Source: Octopus vulgaris
Lineage: Eukaryota
Direction of reading: 5' to 3'
DNA: 64,000 nucleotides
Assembly (NCBI GenBank): GCA_951406725.2
Contig: OX597819.1
Location: 131,254,001 to 131,318,000 of the forward strand
Part shown: piece after piece, positions 1 through 11,409 of the stretch
Layout: the number at the start of each line of letters is the position of its first letter
Numbering within the stretch: position 1 is the first letter of the stretch
Notes under the pieces: model-generated
What the model saw: only the letters and a program-made list of their open reading frames with translations
The model's database searches: none
Told to the model about the DNA's origin: nothing
Translations under genes and position numbers: made by a program

Positions 1-574
1 TGCTGTTCCCGAGACACTTCTCACATCCTTTCTGTAAATTACAGACCATTTCTAGCAACTGATTATAACTATGAAACTTCTAAGCAATCATTTGACATTC
101 TAGGAATAGCAGCTGCTATTCTTTAAACCACACTCCACTGCCTTACATAAGGAAGGGTACATTATACAATGTAATTCTATATATCCTTAACTAGACGGTA
201 TGGCCACTGAATGACTTTCTTTAATCATAGGATTAATCGGGGCCTTATCAACAATTCAAATGTTGATACATTCCTATTCGTTTTCAAAAAAAGAAAAAAA
301 TGAAAAGAAAAAAATCAACAAAATCCTCTAGAAGTGAAAGACAGAGGAATAATTAAACAATAAATTGCATTAATATTGCTCTAGAATGAGGAATATATAG
401 AAATTAAAAATAAATTTAAGTGAATGCGTATAATGTAAAAAGTACGACTAAGATTCTGGTTCATTAACTTAAAGGGAAATAACCCCCATTTAAGCATAAA
501 ATATGGATGAGAACTTGCTTTGTAACGTAGGCGCAAAGGGTTTGATCGGTTTCCTATACTTGACTCATATTTTT

Positions 575-1380
575 AATTTTGTTGACTACACAGTATAGTA
601 GGGTCAGTTGGGCACCATCTGTGAGAGGAACAGCACCATGACGCAATTCACTCTGTCAGAAATTTGGAAACAACATGCTCTACTGCTTGGCGCTCATGCC
701 AGAAAATTCAGTATGAACATTTCAGAGTGTTTGGGTGTCAATCTGAGGACATGTACCGAGAGTGATGAAAATCAAACATCCAGTCAACATCATGGTGTTT
801 GGACTAATCTCTAGTGATGGCGAAGTTATGCCTTCATTCATCTTCCCACACAGCCTCAGTCTCAACATGGAGGCCTACATCAAGTGCCTGGAGGAGATGG
901 TACTGCCCTGGGTTAAGAGGGTGTCTGCTGGAAGACCCTGTGTCTAGCAACAGGACTCTGCACCATGCCACACAAGCAAGAGAACCTAGTCATGGCTGTC
1001 AGAGAATTTCTGAAACCGCATCACCCCTAACATCTGGCCACCTAACTCCCCAGACTACAACCCCCTTGATTATTATGTGTGAGGTACAGTTGAGCGAGAG
1101 ACCAACAAAACTCCTTGTAACACCAAAGATGAACTGAAGGCAAGGATTATGGCAGCATTCACCAACTTAAACAAGGAGACCGCCCAGAAGAGTTGCAGGA
1201 GATTCTGAAGTCGTCTGGAGGCTGTGGTTGAAGCCAATAATGATTTTAGTAAATAAATTTACTCTTTAGTATTTCGAAATATTTTAATGTAATTTTGGTA
1301 AATATATCTTAAAATGAGATGTCAGTGTTATTTTCATTTTTGCATAATTTAGACGAGAATATATTCACTGCATCCTTTGT
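575..1380 (+). mobile_element. Tc1/mariner DD37D (maT-type) transposon remnant, internally deleted
   Basis: KHPVNIMVFGLISSDG...QQDSAPCH...WPPNSPDYNPLDYY with 37 residues between the last two catalytic Asp; several in-frame stops; degenerate terminal repeat near 1350-1380. Confidence 0.85.
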
Positions 1381-1395
1381 GTGTGTATCATGATA

Positions 1396-3259
1396 ATCAT
1401 CATCATTGTTTAACGTCCGTTTTCGATGCTAGCATGGGTTGGACGGTTCGACCGGGGTCTGGGAAGCCAGGGGCTGCACCAGGCTCCAGTCTGATCTAGC
1501 AGTGTTTCTACAGCAGGATGCCCTTCCTAACGCCAACCACTCTGCGAGTGTAGTGGGTGCTTTTTACGTGCCACCGGCACTCTGGCATCGGCCACGATCG
1601 GTTGGTGCTTTTAACGTGCCACCTGCACGGAAGCCAGTCGAGGCGGCACTGGCATTGGCCACGTTCAGATGGTGCTTTTTATGTGCCACCGGCACAGAAG
1701 CCAGTCGAGGCAGCGCTGGCATCGGCCACGTTCGGGTGGTGCTTTTTATGTGCCACCGGCACAGAAGCCAGTCGTGGCTGCGCTGGCATCAGCCACGTTC
1801 CGAAGGTGCTTTTTATGTGCCACCGGCACAGGTATCACAACTACTATTTCCATTGATATTTATTTCGATGTTCATGTACTTAACTCAATAGGTCTCCTCA
1901 AGCACAGCGGGATGTTCTGGAATCCAAGGTACTTTGAATGGGCAGAGGCTATGCAGGACTGGTGCAGGAAGCAGCCCAGGTCTTTGCAGTCACAGCATAT
2001 CTCCAGAGATCTCAGTCCTTTGTCATTGCCTCTGTGAGGCCCAACGCTCTGAGGTCATGCTTGACTACCTCATCCCATGTCTTCCTGTGTCTCTCCCCCT
2101 GATACCTTCAACTGTTTGGGAGCAGCACTTCACTCATCTCTCCTCATCCATCCGCAGTACATGACCATACCATCGCAAGCATCGCTCTTGCACACCACAT
2201 CTGATGCTTCTTATGTCCAGCATTTCTCTCAGGGTGCTTACCCTCTGTCGTGCGTGCACACTGACATTACACATCCAGCGGATCATGCTAGCTTCATTTC
2301 TTTCAAGTCTACGCATGTCCTCTGCGGTCACAGCCCATGTTTCACTACCGTGAAGCATAGCAGTTCGCACACATGCATCATACAATCTACCTTTCACTCT
2401 GAGCGAGAGACCCTTTGTCGCCAGTGGGGGTAGGAGCTTTCTAAACTTTGCCCAGGCTATTCGTATTCTAGTGGTGACGCTCTCTGAGCATCCACCTCCA
2501 CTACTAACTTGGTCACCCAGGTAGCGGAAACTATCAACTACTTCTAGTTTCTCCCCCTGGAGTGTGATGGAATCTGTTTTCTGAGTATCTGTGGTGTCTA
2601 TTGTCCCTGTGCATCTGCCGCACATGAAAGCTATCTTATCAGTTAATTTCCCTTTGATGTTGCTGCACCTCTTTTGCGTCCATAGCTTACACTGGGTGCA
2701 TCTTATGGAGTTTCTACCTACACCTTTCCTACAGATCGGGCAGGTGGTCCTGCCCAAGTGGGTGTGTGCTGAGTTCGCCTTTCTGCTTACTATAACTTTG
2801 GTCTTTGCTACATTTACTCTAAGGCCCTTTTATTCTACCCCTTGCTTCCACACCCGAAATTTGTTTTCTAGTTCCGGTAGTGATTCTGCTATGAGAGCCA
2901 GGTCATCAGCATAGAGGAGCTCCCAGGGGCAACCTGTTTTGAATTCCTCTGTTATTGCCTGGAGGACTATGATGAATAAAAGGGGACTGAGGGCTGAGCC
3001 TTGGTGCACACCTACTTCTACCCGGAATTCTTCACTATATTCGTTGCCAATCCTAACCTTGCTGACAGCCTCTCTGTATAGGGCCTGTACAGCCCTTATT
3101 AGCCATTCGTCAATCTCCAGTTTCTGCATCGACCACCAGATAAGGGATTGGGGGACCCTGTCAAAGGCTTTCTCCAAGTCCACAAAAGCTATGTAGAGGG
3201 GTTTATCTTTAGCTAGGTACTTCTCCTGCAGTTGTCGGACCAGGAATATAGCATCAGTG

Positions 3260-3262
<3 letters not shown>
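1396..3262 (-). mobile_element. 5'-truncated RTE-clade LINE (RT, C-terminal region, 3'UTR, (TGA)n tail) in MED21 intron 1
   Basis: ORFs 2830-3354 and 2134-2757 carry TTDAIF, FVDLEKAFD, GVHQGSALSP and LLYADDL RT motifs. The 3'UTR holds ~60-bp repeats and ends in a (CAT)n run on +. Confidence 0.93.

Positions 3263-3264
<2 letters not shown>

Positions 3265-3318
<54 letters not shown>
3265..3318. repeat. (TA)n microsatellite
   Basis: Read directly from sequence. Confidence 0.95.
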
Positions 3319-3319
<1 letters not shown>

Positions 3320-3712
3320 GGTGGTTGTCTACTCCTTATGCAGAGTTTGACCACCTTCTGTACCTACACCTTAGAACCATCATGGCATCTGATGTGGCTT
3401 TTTAAGCCAGACAATGTTGTATGTTTGTGTCTCTTTGTCTTGACATTACATTACAGTTGTAAATGAATGTCACTGTCATACAAGCAGTGTCGTTAATTTC
3501 CAATATTCTGCAAATCCCTGTCTGGCTGTGGAGAAATATTACCTCCTTGCTTGGAACCAGGTGAGAGCTGGTGACAGGAAGGACATCAGTCTGTAGGAAA
3601 TCTACCTCAGTGAATTCCATCTGACCCATGCAAGCATGGAAAAATGGACATTAAAAGGATAATGAAGATGGTGTTAAGATGTATATTATATGTGTGTATT
3701 TTCTCTTTACAG

Positions 3713-3827
3713 CTTGCAGATCATTTCTGCAACAGCATTGGTATTCTCCAGCAATGTGCTCCATCAAGTCCATTTCCAGGTTTTGAAAGACCCGGTAATA
3801 AATCCCCTGCTGAAGCCCCTCAGGAAG
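3713..3827 (+). CDS. MED21: Mediator subunit 21, coding exon 2 (exon 1 probably upstream of window)
   Basis: ttctctttacAG|CTT...GAA G|GTgagt. Translates LADHFCNSIGILQQCAPSSPFPGFERPGNKSPAEAPQE, matching the MED21 LADQFCNAIGVLQQC motif. 115 nt, ends phase 1. Confidence 0.95.
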
Positions 3828-3925
3828 GTGAGTTGAGATGAGTCATAAAATATTCTCTTTGACATGATACTGGTCTGTGACAGAGGATTATTTCCGAATT
3901 TTGATTGGTGAACTGAAGTGATTAA

Positions 3926-4146
3926 CCCTTTCATTACCAACCTGACCAAAGCCGGCTCTGGCTCTGTAGTACAAATGTCTTGTTTTCTTAAGTTTTGAAT
4001 TAAAATCTTCTACCAAACGTTAGTCACAGTTTATGTTCCTAACACTAGCTAAATGATAACCAAGTTATTTTACTAAATTCTTTGTTATATTCAAAGTAAT
4101 TGAAAGAGACACAAAGCATCTCAAAATAAATACAGTAATGAAAGGG
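3926..4146. mobile_element. piggyBac-type MITE, family 1
   Basis: TTAA|CCCTTTCATTAC...GTAATGAAAGGG|TTAC terminal inverted repeats; related copies at 53833-54058 and 35518-35745. Confidence 0.8.
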
Positions 4147-4872
4147 TTACGTATATTGACTAAATACACAGGGAAATATTTTTAGTAGATCAAAACTCAA
4201 TCTGTAAGAAGCGATAGACCAAAACTGCATCCACCAAGCTAGTGTTTTTACTAAATGGTTCTGAGGAACCCCAAAGTTCTATTAGCAAATTTCATTTGCC
4301 ATTTTCAGAATGATAAATTATATGCTTTTTATTTGAATAAGTTTCTGTGTCCATAAAATATAGATATGGGTTCTGCAATTTCTAGAAAATTGTATGGTAG
4401 TTCTGTGACAAAAGCAAGTTTAAGAACCACTGTGTTGAAGCATTTTATTTCAATACTCAAGAATATTGCAATATAACTCTTGTTACTTAGAGGAAAAGTG
4501 TCTTTGGAATATTTTACAGAATTTAGCCAACAATGGTAGCAAAACTACCAAAAAATGTCTTGCGTCTTTTTAGCATACGACTGAGACATCATAATATGAA
4601 GAGGAGTTCAGCTGTAGAAAGAATTTCTTTAAACTCAAGAATGTAAAACTAATGAAATACTTCAGTGTACACAGCATGAGACTTGTAAATTCTCATGGCA
4701 GCTATTAACAAAAGTGGATTAAGGTCATGGAAGAGGTTTTTGACCCAGTCCTGCACCAGTGTGGAGATGGGAATCACTGAACTGAACTTTGTTTGGTATT
4801 CTGTAATATTAAGCATGAAAATGATAGGAACAAATTCTGAGAATTGTGTAAACAAATGTGAGTGGCTAACAA

Positions 4873-6123
4873 TCATCATCATCATCATTCATTCGTTTAG
4901 CGTCCGTTTTCCATGCTAGCATGGGTTGGACGGTTCAACTGGGGTCTGGGGAGCCCGAAGGCTGCACCAGGCCAGTCAGATCTGGCAGTGTTTCTACAGC
5001 TGGATGCCCTTCCTAACGCCAACCACTCCGAGAGTGTAGTGGGTGATTTTATGTGCCACCGACACAGGTGCCAGACGAGGCTGGCAGACGGCCACGCTCG
5101 GATGGTGTTTTTATGTGCCACCGACACAGGTGCCAGATGAGGCTGGCGAACGGCCACGATCGGATGGTGTTTGTTACGTGCCCACAGCACGGAGACCAGT
5201 CGATGCGGTACTGGCTACGGCCACGTTCGGATGGTTTTCTTGTGTGCCACCGGCACTGGTACCACAAAGATACAAATTCCATTGATGTTCATCTATTTTG
5301 ATTGATTTTCACTTGCCTCAACAGGTCTTCACAAGTGTCACAAGAAGGAAGGTATGCACAGGTGGACTGACTACATCCCAGGTAGGGGCCTCGGGTTATG
5401 GCCTGACTAGTCTTGCCGGGTCTTCGGATGGTGTTTTTATGTGCCACCGACACAGGTGCCAGATGAGGCTGGCGAACGGCCACGATCGGATGGTGTTTGT
5501 TATGTGCCCACAGCACGGAGGCCAGTCGATGCGGTACTGGCTACGGCCACGTTCGGATGGTTTTCTTGTGTGCCACTGTACTGGTATCACAAAGATACAA
5601 ATTCCATTGATGTTCATCTATTTTCATTTGTTTTGATTTTCACTTGCCTCAAAAGGTCTTCACAAGTGTCACAAGAAGGAAGGTATGCACAGGTGGATTG
5701 ACTACGTCCCAGGTAGGGGCCACGGGTTATGGCTTGACTAGTCTTGCCGGGTCTTCGGATGGTGTTTTTATGTGCCACCGACACAGGTGCCAGATGAGGC
5801 TGGCAAACGGCCACGATCGGATGGTGTTTGTTACTTGCCCATAGCAAGGAGGCCAGTCGATGCGGTACTGGCTACCGCCACGTTATGATGGTTTCCTTGT
5901 GTGCCACCGGCACTGGTACCACAAAGATACAAATTCCATTGATGTTCATCTATTTTGATTTGATTTTCACTTGCCTCAACAGGTCTTCACAAGTGTCACA
6001 AGAAGGAAGGAAGGTATGCACAGGTGGACTGACTACGTCCCAGGTAGGGGCCACGGGTTATGGCCTGACTAGTCTTGCCGGGTCTTCGGATGGTGTTTTT
6101 ATGTGCCACCGACACAGGTGCCG
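4873..6123 (-). mobile_element. RTE LINE 3' end with a ~330-bp internal segment repeated three times in tandem
   Basis: (CAT)n tail plus RTE 3'UTR; the unit start ggatggtgtttttatgtgccaccgacacagg recurs near 5100, 5426, 5757 and 6087. Confidence 0.85.
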
Positions 6124-6429
6124 GTTCTTAGATTTGAACTAGATTAAGGAAATCTTAGAACTGACCTGAAAGAATAAAGACTAATGGTCAATGCTCCATT
6201 TAAAGTCACCACAACCTTAAACTCTCAGTATTTTGATAATCCATAACTGCATGCTAAAGGAGTCCAATATATATTTCTATCTCAGTAGATATAAGCTGTT
6301 TCCACCTCATATTTTTATACTGAGCCCCATTGATAGTAGCTCAATCTGTTAGAAATAGCAGCTAGTTCTTCCTCATATTGAATGTCATGAAACTAAGCAA
6401 GGAAAGATACATATAATAGTCCTACTTAT

Positions 6430-6920
6430 CATCATCATCGTTTAACGTCCGTTTTCCATGCTAGCATGGGTTGGACGGTTCAACCATGGTCTGGGAAGCC
6501 AGGAGGTTGCACCAGGCTCCAGTCTGATCTGGCAGTGTTTCTACAGCTGGATGCCCTTCCTTAATGCCAACCACTTCGTGAGTGTAGTGGGTGCTTTTTA
6601 TGTGCCACCAGCACGAAGGCCAGGGTAGGTTGGCAATGGCCATGAACGGTTGGTGCTTTTTACATGCCACCGGCACGGAAGCCAGTCAAGGCAGCGCTGG
6701 CATCGTCCACGTACGGATCGTGCATTTTTTGTGCCACCGGCACAGGTATCACAACTACAAATTCCATTTGGGTTTTGATGTTGATAGTGAAGTACTTGAC
6801 TCAGTAGGTCTCCTTAAGCACAGCAGGTCACCCTACGATCCAAGGTAAGTACAGCAGGCCATCCTGCGATCCAAGGCACTTTGGAAGGGCTGGGGCTTCT
6901 ATGTGAAGCTGGTGCAGGAA
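6430..6920 (-). mobile_element. RTE 3' tail fragment or RTE-tailed SINE
   Basis: Same catcatcgtttaacgtccgttttccatgctagcatgggttgg consensus as the element at 1396. Confidence 0.8.
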
Positions 6921-7195
6921 ATAGCCATATCTTTAAAAAGAAGCCATTGACTGATTATGGCTGCAATATTTTTGATTATATTTTTTATTCAAGTTTGACC
7001 TGGATCTGAGCAACCTCTTGGGTCTTATTTAAGAAGCAACTATCTTTAATGTTTCTTTCCATAATCAGTAAATTTATGCACTAAGATAAACCACTTGAGT
7101 TGTTTGAACTGAATGTTAGAAGCCAAGCGAAAAAGCAAATGTTAACAATAATGATTGTTAAAGTATATTTCCAATTTCTGTTATGTATTTGCTAG

Positions 7196-7296
7196 ATTAT
7201 GCTGTCCTGTTCTCCAAGCTTATTGCCCGAACTGCCAAAGATATAGATGTTGTGATAGATTCTCTGCCAAGTGAAGAATCATATATGGAATTACAA
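7196..7296 (+). CDS. MED21: Mediator subunit 21, coding exon 3
   Basis: gctAG|AT TAT...TTA CAA|GTaagt. Translates (D)[33 protein letters not shown], the hallmark MED21 [20 protein letters not shown] motif. Phase fits both neighbours. Absent from the ORF track. Confidence 0.96.
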
Positions 7297-7369
7297 GTAA
7301 GTTCACCAAATAATTTCTGGAGTTCAGTTTGATTTCACATCAACCAGTATCTACTCTTTTGTCAGGTGT

Positions 7370-7690
7370 ATCATCATCGTTTAGCGTCCTCTTTCCATGC
7401 TAGCATGGGTTGGATGGTTCAACTGGGGTCTGTGAAGCCAGAAGGCTGCACCAGGCCCAGTCTGATCTGGCAATGTTTCTATGGCTGGATGCCCTTCCTA
7501 ACGCCAACCACTTCGTGAGTGTGGTGGGTGCTTTTTACGTGCCACCGGCACAGGTGCCAGACGAGGCTGGCATACGGCCACGATCGAATGGTGCTTTTTA
7601 TGTGCCACTGGCACAGGGGCCAGGCGAGGCTGGCAACAGCCACAATTGGATGGTACTTTTTACGTGCCACTGGCACGGGGGCCAGGCGAG
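7370..7690 (-). mobile_element. RTE 3' tail fragment
   Basis: Matches the RTE tail consensus. Confidence 0.8.
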
Positions 7691-7759
7691 TCGGTCATTA
7701 GACTGTGCCCATGCTGGAGCACCACCTTTAGGAATCTTAGACAAACTAATCAACTATAT

Positions 7760-8045
7760 CAGGGGTCACCAAACTATGGCCTGTGAGTCAGTTCATCCGG
7801 CCTGCTGCTTCACTGTACCTTTGTAAATACCTGCAATGAGAGTTCATTTGCCTCTGGTATGGCATCAGTGTTTGGGACAACTTATGTCTGTGAGGAAACA
7901 TTTTCAAAAATGAAGAATGTGAAGTCAGCACATTGAACGAGGTTGACTGATGAACATTTGGAAGCAATTCTCTTGGTTGGATGCAGCAATTCCAAAGCAA
8001 ATATTAATGATATCTTCAAACGCTAAACACCAGTTTCACAAATCT
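7760..8045 (+). mobile_element. hAT (Charlie/Buster-like) transposon remnant
   Basis: CAGGGGTCACCAAACT terminus. Translates MASVFGTTYVCEETFSKMKNVKSAH*TRLTDEHLEAIL, the hAT dimerisation-domain CE..FS...RL motif. Confidence 0.8.
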
Positions 8046-8074
8046 CACCAACCCTTTTTGCTGCTTAGTTTGTA

Positions 8075-9560
8075 AAAGCACCATTTGGGCGTGGCCGTTG
8101 CCAATATCACCAAACTGGCCCTCGTGCTGGTGGCACGTAAAAAAGCACCCACTACACTCTCTGAGTTGTTGGCGTTAGGAAGGGCATCCAGCTGTAGAAA
8201 CTCTGCCAGATCAGATTGGAGTCTGGTTCGCCAGACCTCGGTCAAATTGTCCAACCCATGCTAGCATGGAAAGCGGACGTTAAATGATGATGATGTATGG
8301 GTCCTTAAATCTTTAGCATTCAGATTTCTTTGTCAAATGTGATGCCTATTTATTCACATTCATCATCATCAGCATCACCATCATTTAACGTCTGCTTTCC
8401 ATGCTGGCATTGGTTAGACGGTTTGACTGGAACTGGTATGCCGAAGAGCTGTCCCAAGTTCCAGTCTGATTTGGCATGGTCTTCTATGGCTGGATGCCCT
8501 TCCTAATTGCCAACCACTCCAAGAGTGTAACGGGTGCTTTTTATGTGCCACCAGCACAGGTGACACATAAAATGGTGCCAGTTACACGACACCAGCCTCG
8601 GCCACAACTCTGGTTTCACTTGGCTTCACAAGTCTTCTCAAGCATGGCATATTGCCAAAAGTCTTGGTCACACGTTTTGAACTAACCATTGCTTTATCTT
8701 GTAGTTTGAAGACTTTAGTGGTGTATTTATGTATTTTTAGAATGGCATTGAGAGCTTTCATCTGGTCACCTTTAACATCATCATCATCGTTTAACATCCG
8801 CTTTCCATGCTAGCATGGGTTGGACGATTTTGACTGAGGGCTGGCGAACCAGATGGCTGCACCAGGCTCCAGCCATCTAAAACAGAATTTCTGGGCTGGA
8901 TATGATTGGATTAAATGCGAAATAGTTCATCAGAGAAGGTTGTTTGTGATCTTCAATTTTCAGAACCAATATTCTTGAATGCATGGTTGATATTGTGAGC
9001 AATTTCCATTCCTTTGCACTTTATTTGTGGGCATCAGATGTGGTGTGCAACTGAGGTGACTGTGCTGGTCTGGTCATGTGATGTGAAGTGCCACACTCTA
9101 ATGGTGGAGGGAACCTGTGGAAGAGGTAGACCCAGGAAGACATGGGACAAGGTGTTGAGGCATGATCTTTGAATGTTGAGCCTCACAGAGGCAATGACAA
9201 GTGACTGAGACCTTTGACGATATGCCATGCTTGAGAAGACACATCAAGCCAAGTGAAACCATAGTCATAGCCGATGCCAGTGTTGCGTATCTGGCACATA
9301 AACAGCACCCTTTAATTGTTAGGCGATATGCTGTGCTTGAGAAGACCTGTGAAGTCAAGTGAAATTGTAGTTGTGGCCAGTGTCAGTTGACTGGCATCTA
9401 TGCTGGTAGCACATAAAAAGCACCCACTACACTCTTGGAGTGGTTGGCGTTAGGAAGGACATCTGGCTGTAGAAACCAGTGGAATCTAGTGTAGCTCCCA
9501 AGCTTTCAGTCAAACTGTCTAACCCATGCCAGCATGGAAAGTGGATGTTAAATGATGATT
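8075..9560. mobile_element. cluster of RTE tail fragments on both strands, partly nested in a piggyBac-type MITE
   Basis: Tail consensus at ~8075-8295(+), 8360-8670(-), 8776-8872(-) and 9035-9560(+, includes GRGRPRKTW ORF end); MITE pieces start ctttagcattcaga near 8311. Confidence 0.7.
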
Positions 9561-9751
9561 TGTTTGAACCTGTACAACAGAATCACTTCTAGCCAATTTG
9601 TCACCCTAAAATAAAGACAATGAAAAACCAACCAATTGGCATAAATTGAAAATGGTATATTCTTCAAAACAGTATATTACGTAAAGGTGGTTAACTTTGT
9701 TGATACCAACCTGTATGAAACCTGGTTCTGGGAAACAAGCTCCATATTTAA

Positions 9752-10107
9752 CCCTTTAGCATTCAGATAAGTCCATCAAATCATCATCATTTAATGTCTG
9801 TTGTCCATGGGTTGGATAATTTGACCAGAGCTGGCAAGCTGCACCTGACTCCACTCTGATTTGGCATGGTTTCTATGGATGGATGCCGTTCCTAACATGC
9901 CAATCACCTTACAGTGTGTGTTGGGTGCTTTGATGTGGCACCATTTATTCATACTGTTTTGAATTAATCCTACATCATTTTATAACTTCAAGATTTTTCA
10001 TGATGATATTGTTTAATTTTAGAATGATATTGTGTGATATCAGATCTAGTTAGTTTGAACATGAAACAATATTTTGGCTGGATATGGCCAGTTTAAATGC
10101 TAAAGGG
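9752..10107. mobile_element. piggyBac-type MITE, family 2, with nested RTE tail (~9781-9942)
   Basis: TTAA|CCCTTTAGCATT...AATGCTAAAGGG|TTAA. Confidence 0.8.
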
Positions 10108-10682
10108 TTAAGGTTTTCTAAATTAAAACTTGCAATGCAAAGTTCAGGCCAAGTAGCATTCACACAATTTGAATGCATCCAAGCCAATGGCTGTAAGGCC
10201 CTGCATAGTGGAACTGAACCCAGAAGTCCACGATTCTAAAGTGAACTTCTTGCGTATAAGAATGGGATGGCTGAATAGTTTGTGTGTATATTTGCACACA
10301 CTCAACACAAGCTTATGAGGGTGTCTCAACAGGGTTGTTCAACCAATGATTTAGCAACCAAATCTCATTTAAATTAAACCAGCCGTCTTTGGAAGTAAAA
10401 AAGATGGACATATTGGATGATTTAGTAACAGAAATACAATATCTAAGCAAAAGACATGATGGCCATAACTGGAACACCTTTTAGATATGTAGGTCTGTTC
10501 AGTCACAGCTGATCTGGGCAGAAATCACCTACTTTCTGACCAGCTCTTACTAAATCTACTCGTATAGGGATGAGTCTAACATGTTGCTTTCTTTTCTTTC
10601 TTTGTTTTCCCGTTTGCTTATGTTTCATATTCTTATCAGTATTTTGTTATTTAATGATATGTTATTCATTCTGTTGCTGCAG

Positions 10683-10850
10683 CTGGCCAGCTTAAAGAAA
10701 CTGGAAATCGAGAACCAAGATGCTGCCCATAAACTGGAAGAGGTGGTGCACAAAGGGGAACTACTCTTGGATCAAACGCAGCAGGCGCTGCACGACATCG
10801 CCCAGTCGCAGCTGAAGAGCCAAGCGTTGGAGAGCATGCTGTTAAACTGA
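10683..10850 (+). CDS. MED21: Mediator subunit 21, last coding exon
   Basis: ctgttgctgcAG|CTG...AAC TGA. Translates LASLKKLEIENQDAAHKLEEVVHKGELLLDQTQQALHDIAQSQLKSQALESMLLN*, the MED21 C-terminal coiled coil. Confidence 0.95.
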   Translation: MASLKKLEIENQDAAHKLEEVVHKGELLLDQTQQALHDIAQSQLKSQALESMLLN

Positions 10851-10919
10851 ACGGATGTTTGTCGTTGTTGTTGTTATGGGATGGGTGTAAAAGGGAATGG
10901 GATGGGCGGCAATGCATGG

Positions 10920-11095
10920 CAGAAATGGTAGTGTATTGGACAAAATGCCCTCTGTCTCGAGTTCAAATCCCTCCAAGGTTGACTTTGCCTTTCATCCTTA
11001 TTGAGGTTGATAAAATAAAGTACCAGTCAAGTACTGGGGTTGATTAAATCGACTCTACTCTTCTTTCAACATTTCTGGCTTCGTGCCTATGTTAG
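10920..11095 (+). mobile_element. SINE family B fragment in MED21 3'UTR region
   Basis: gagttcaaatccc B-box followed by the gactttgcctttcatcc...gataaaataaagtaccag core. Confidence 0.7.
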
Positions 11096-11236
11096 ATTTT
11101 TTTTTTTTTTTTGGCAGAAGGGAGATGAGAGAATTTCCTGAAAGTTTTTTTGCAAGTAAAATGATTGTCAAACTTTGTGGCCAGACAGTTGTTTACATTT
11201 TACAAAGTGATGTAAATCTGGCTTCTTCTGTGAAGA

Positions 11237-11242
11237 AATAAA
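11237..11242 (+). promoter_or_regulatory. candidate MED21 polyadenylation signal
   Basis: AATAAA about 390 nt after the MED21 stop, outside the SINE copy; not verified by transcript data. Confidence 0.35.
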
Positions 11243-11409
11243 TTGTATGGTGAGAAATCTACCATGCCCCCTTGCCTTTTTTTTAAAAATTTTTTAAAGC
11301 TTTATAACCTATGCTGTGCCCTGAAAGCCTATTTTACAGAAGTCTACATCAGAATGCTGCATGCAGTACTTTCAAAAACTCAACAGAATGAGTGTATTAA
11401 GAAGAAGGA

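Noticed and set aside
1555-1830. CRISPR-like pattern of a conserved ~28-bp motif with variable ~30-40-bp spacers
   Set aside because: The spacers are homologous to each other, the array lies in an RTE 3'UTR, the DNA is eukaryotic and there are no cas genes.
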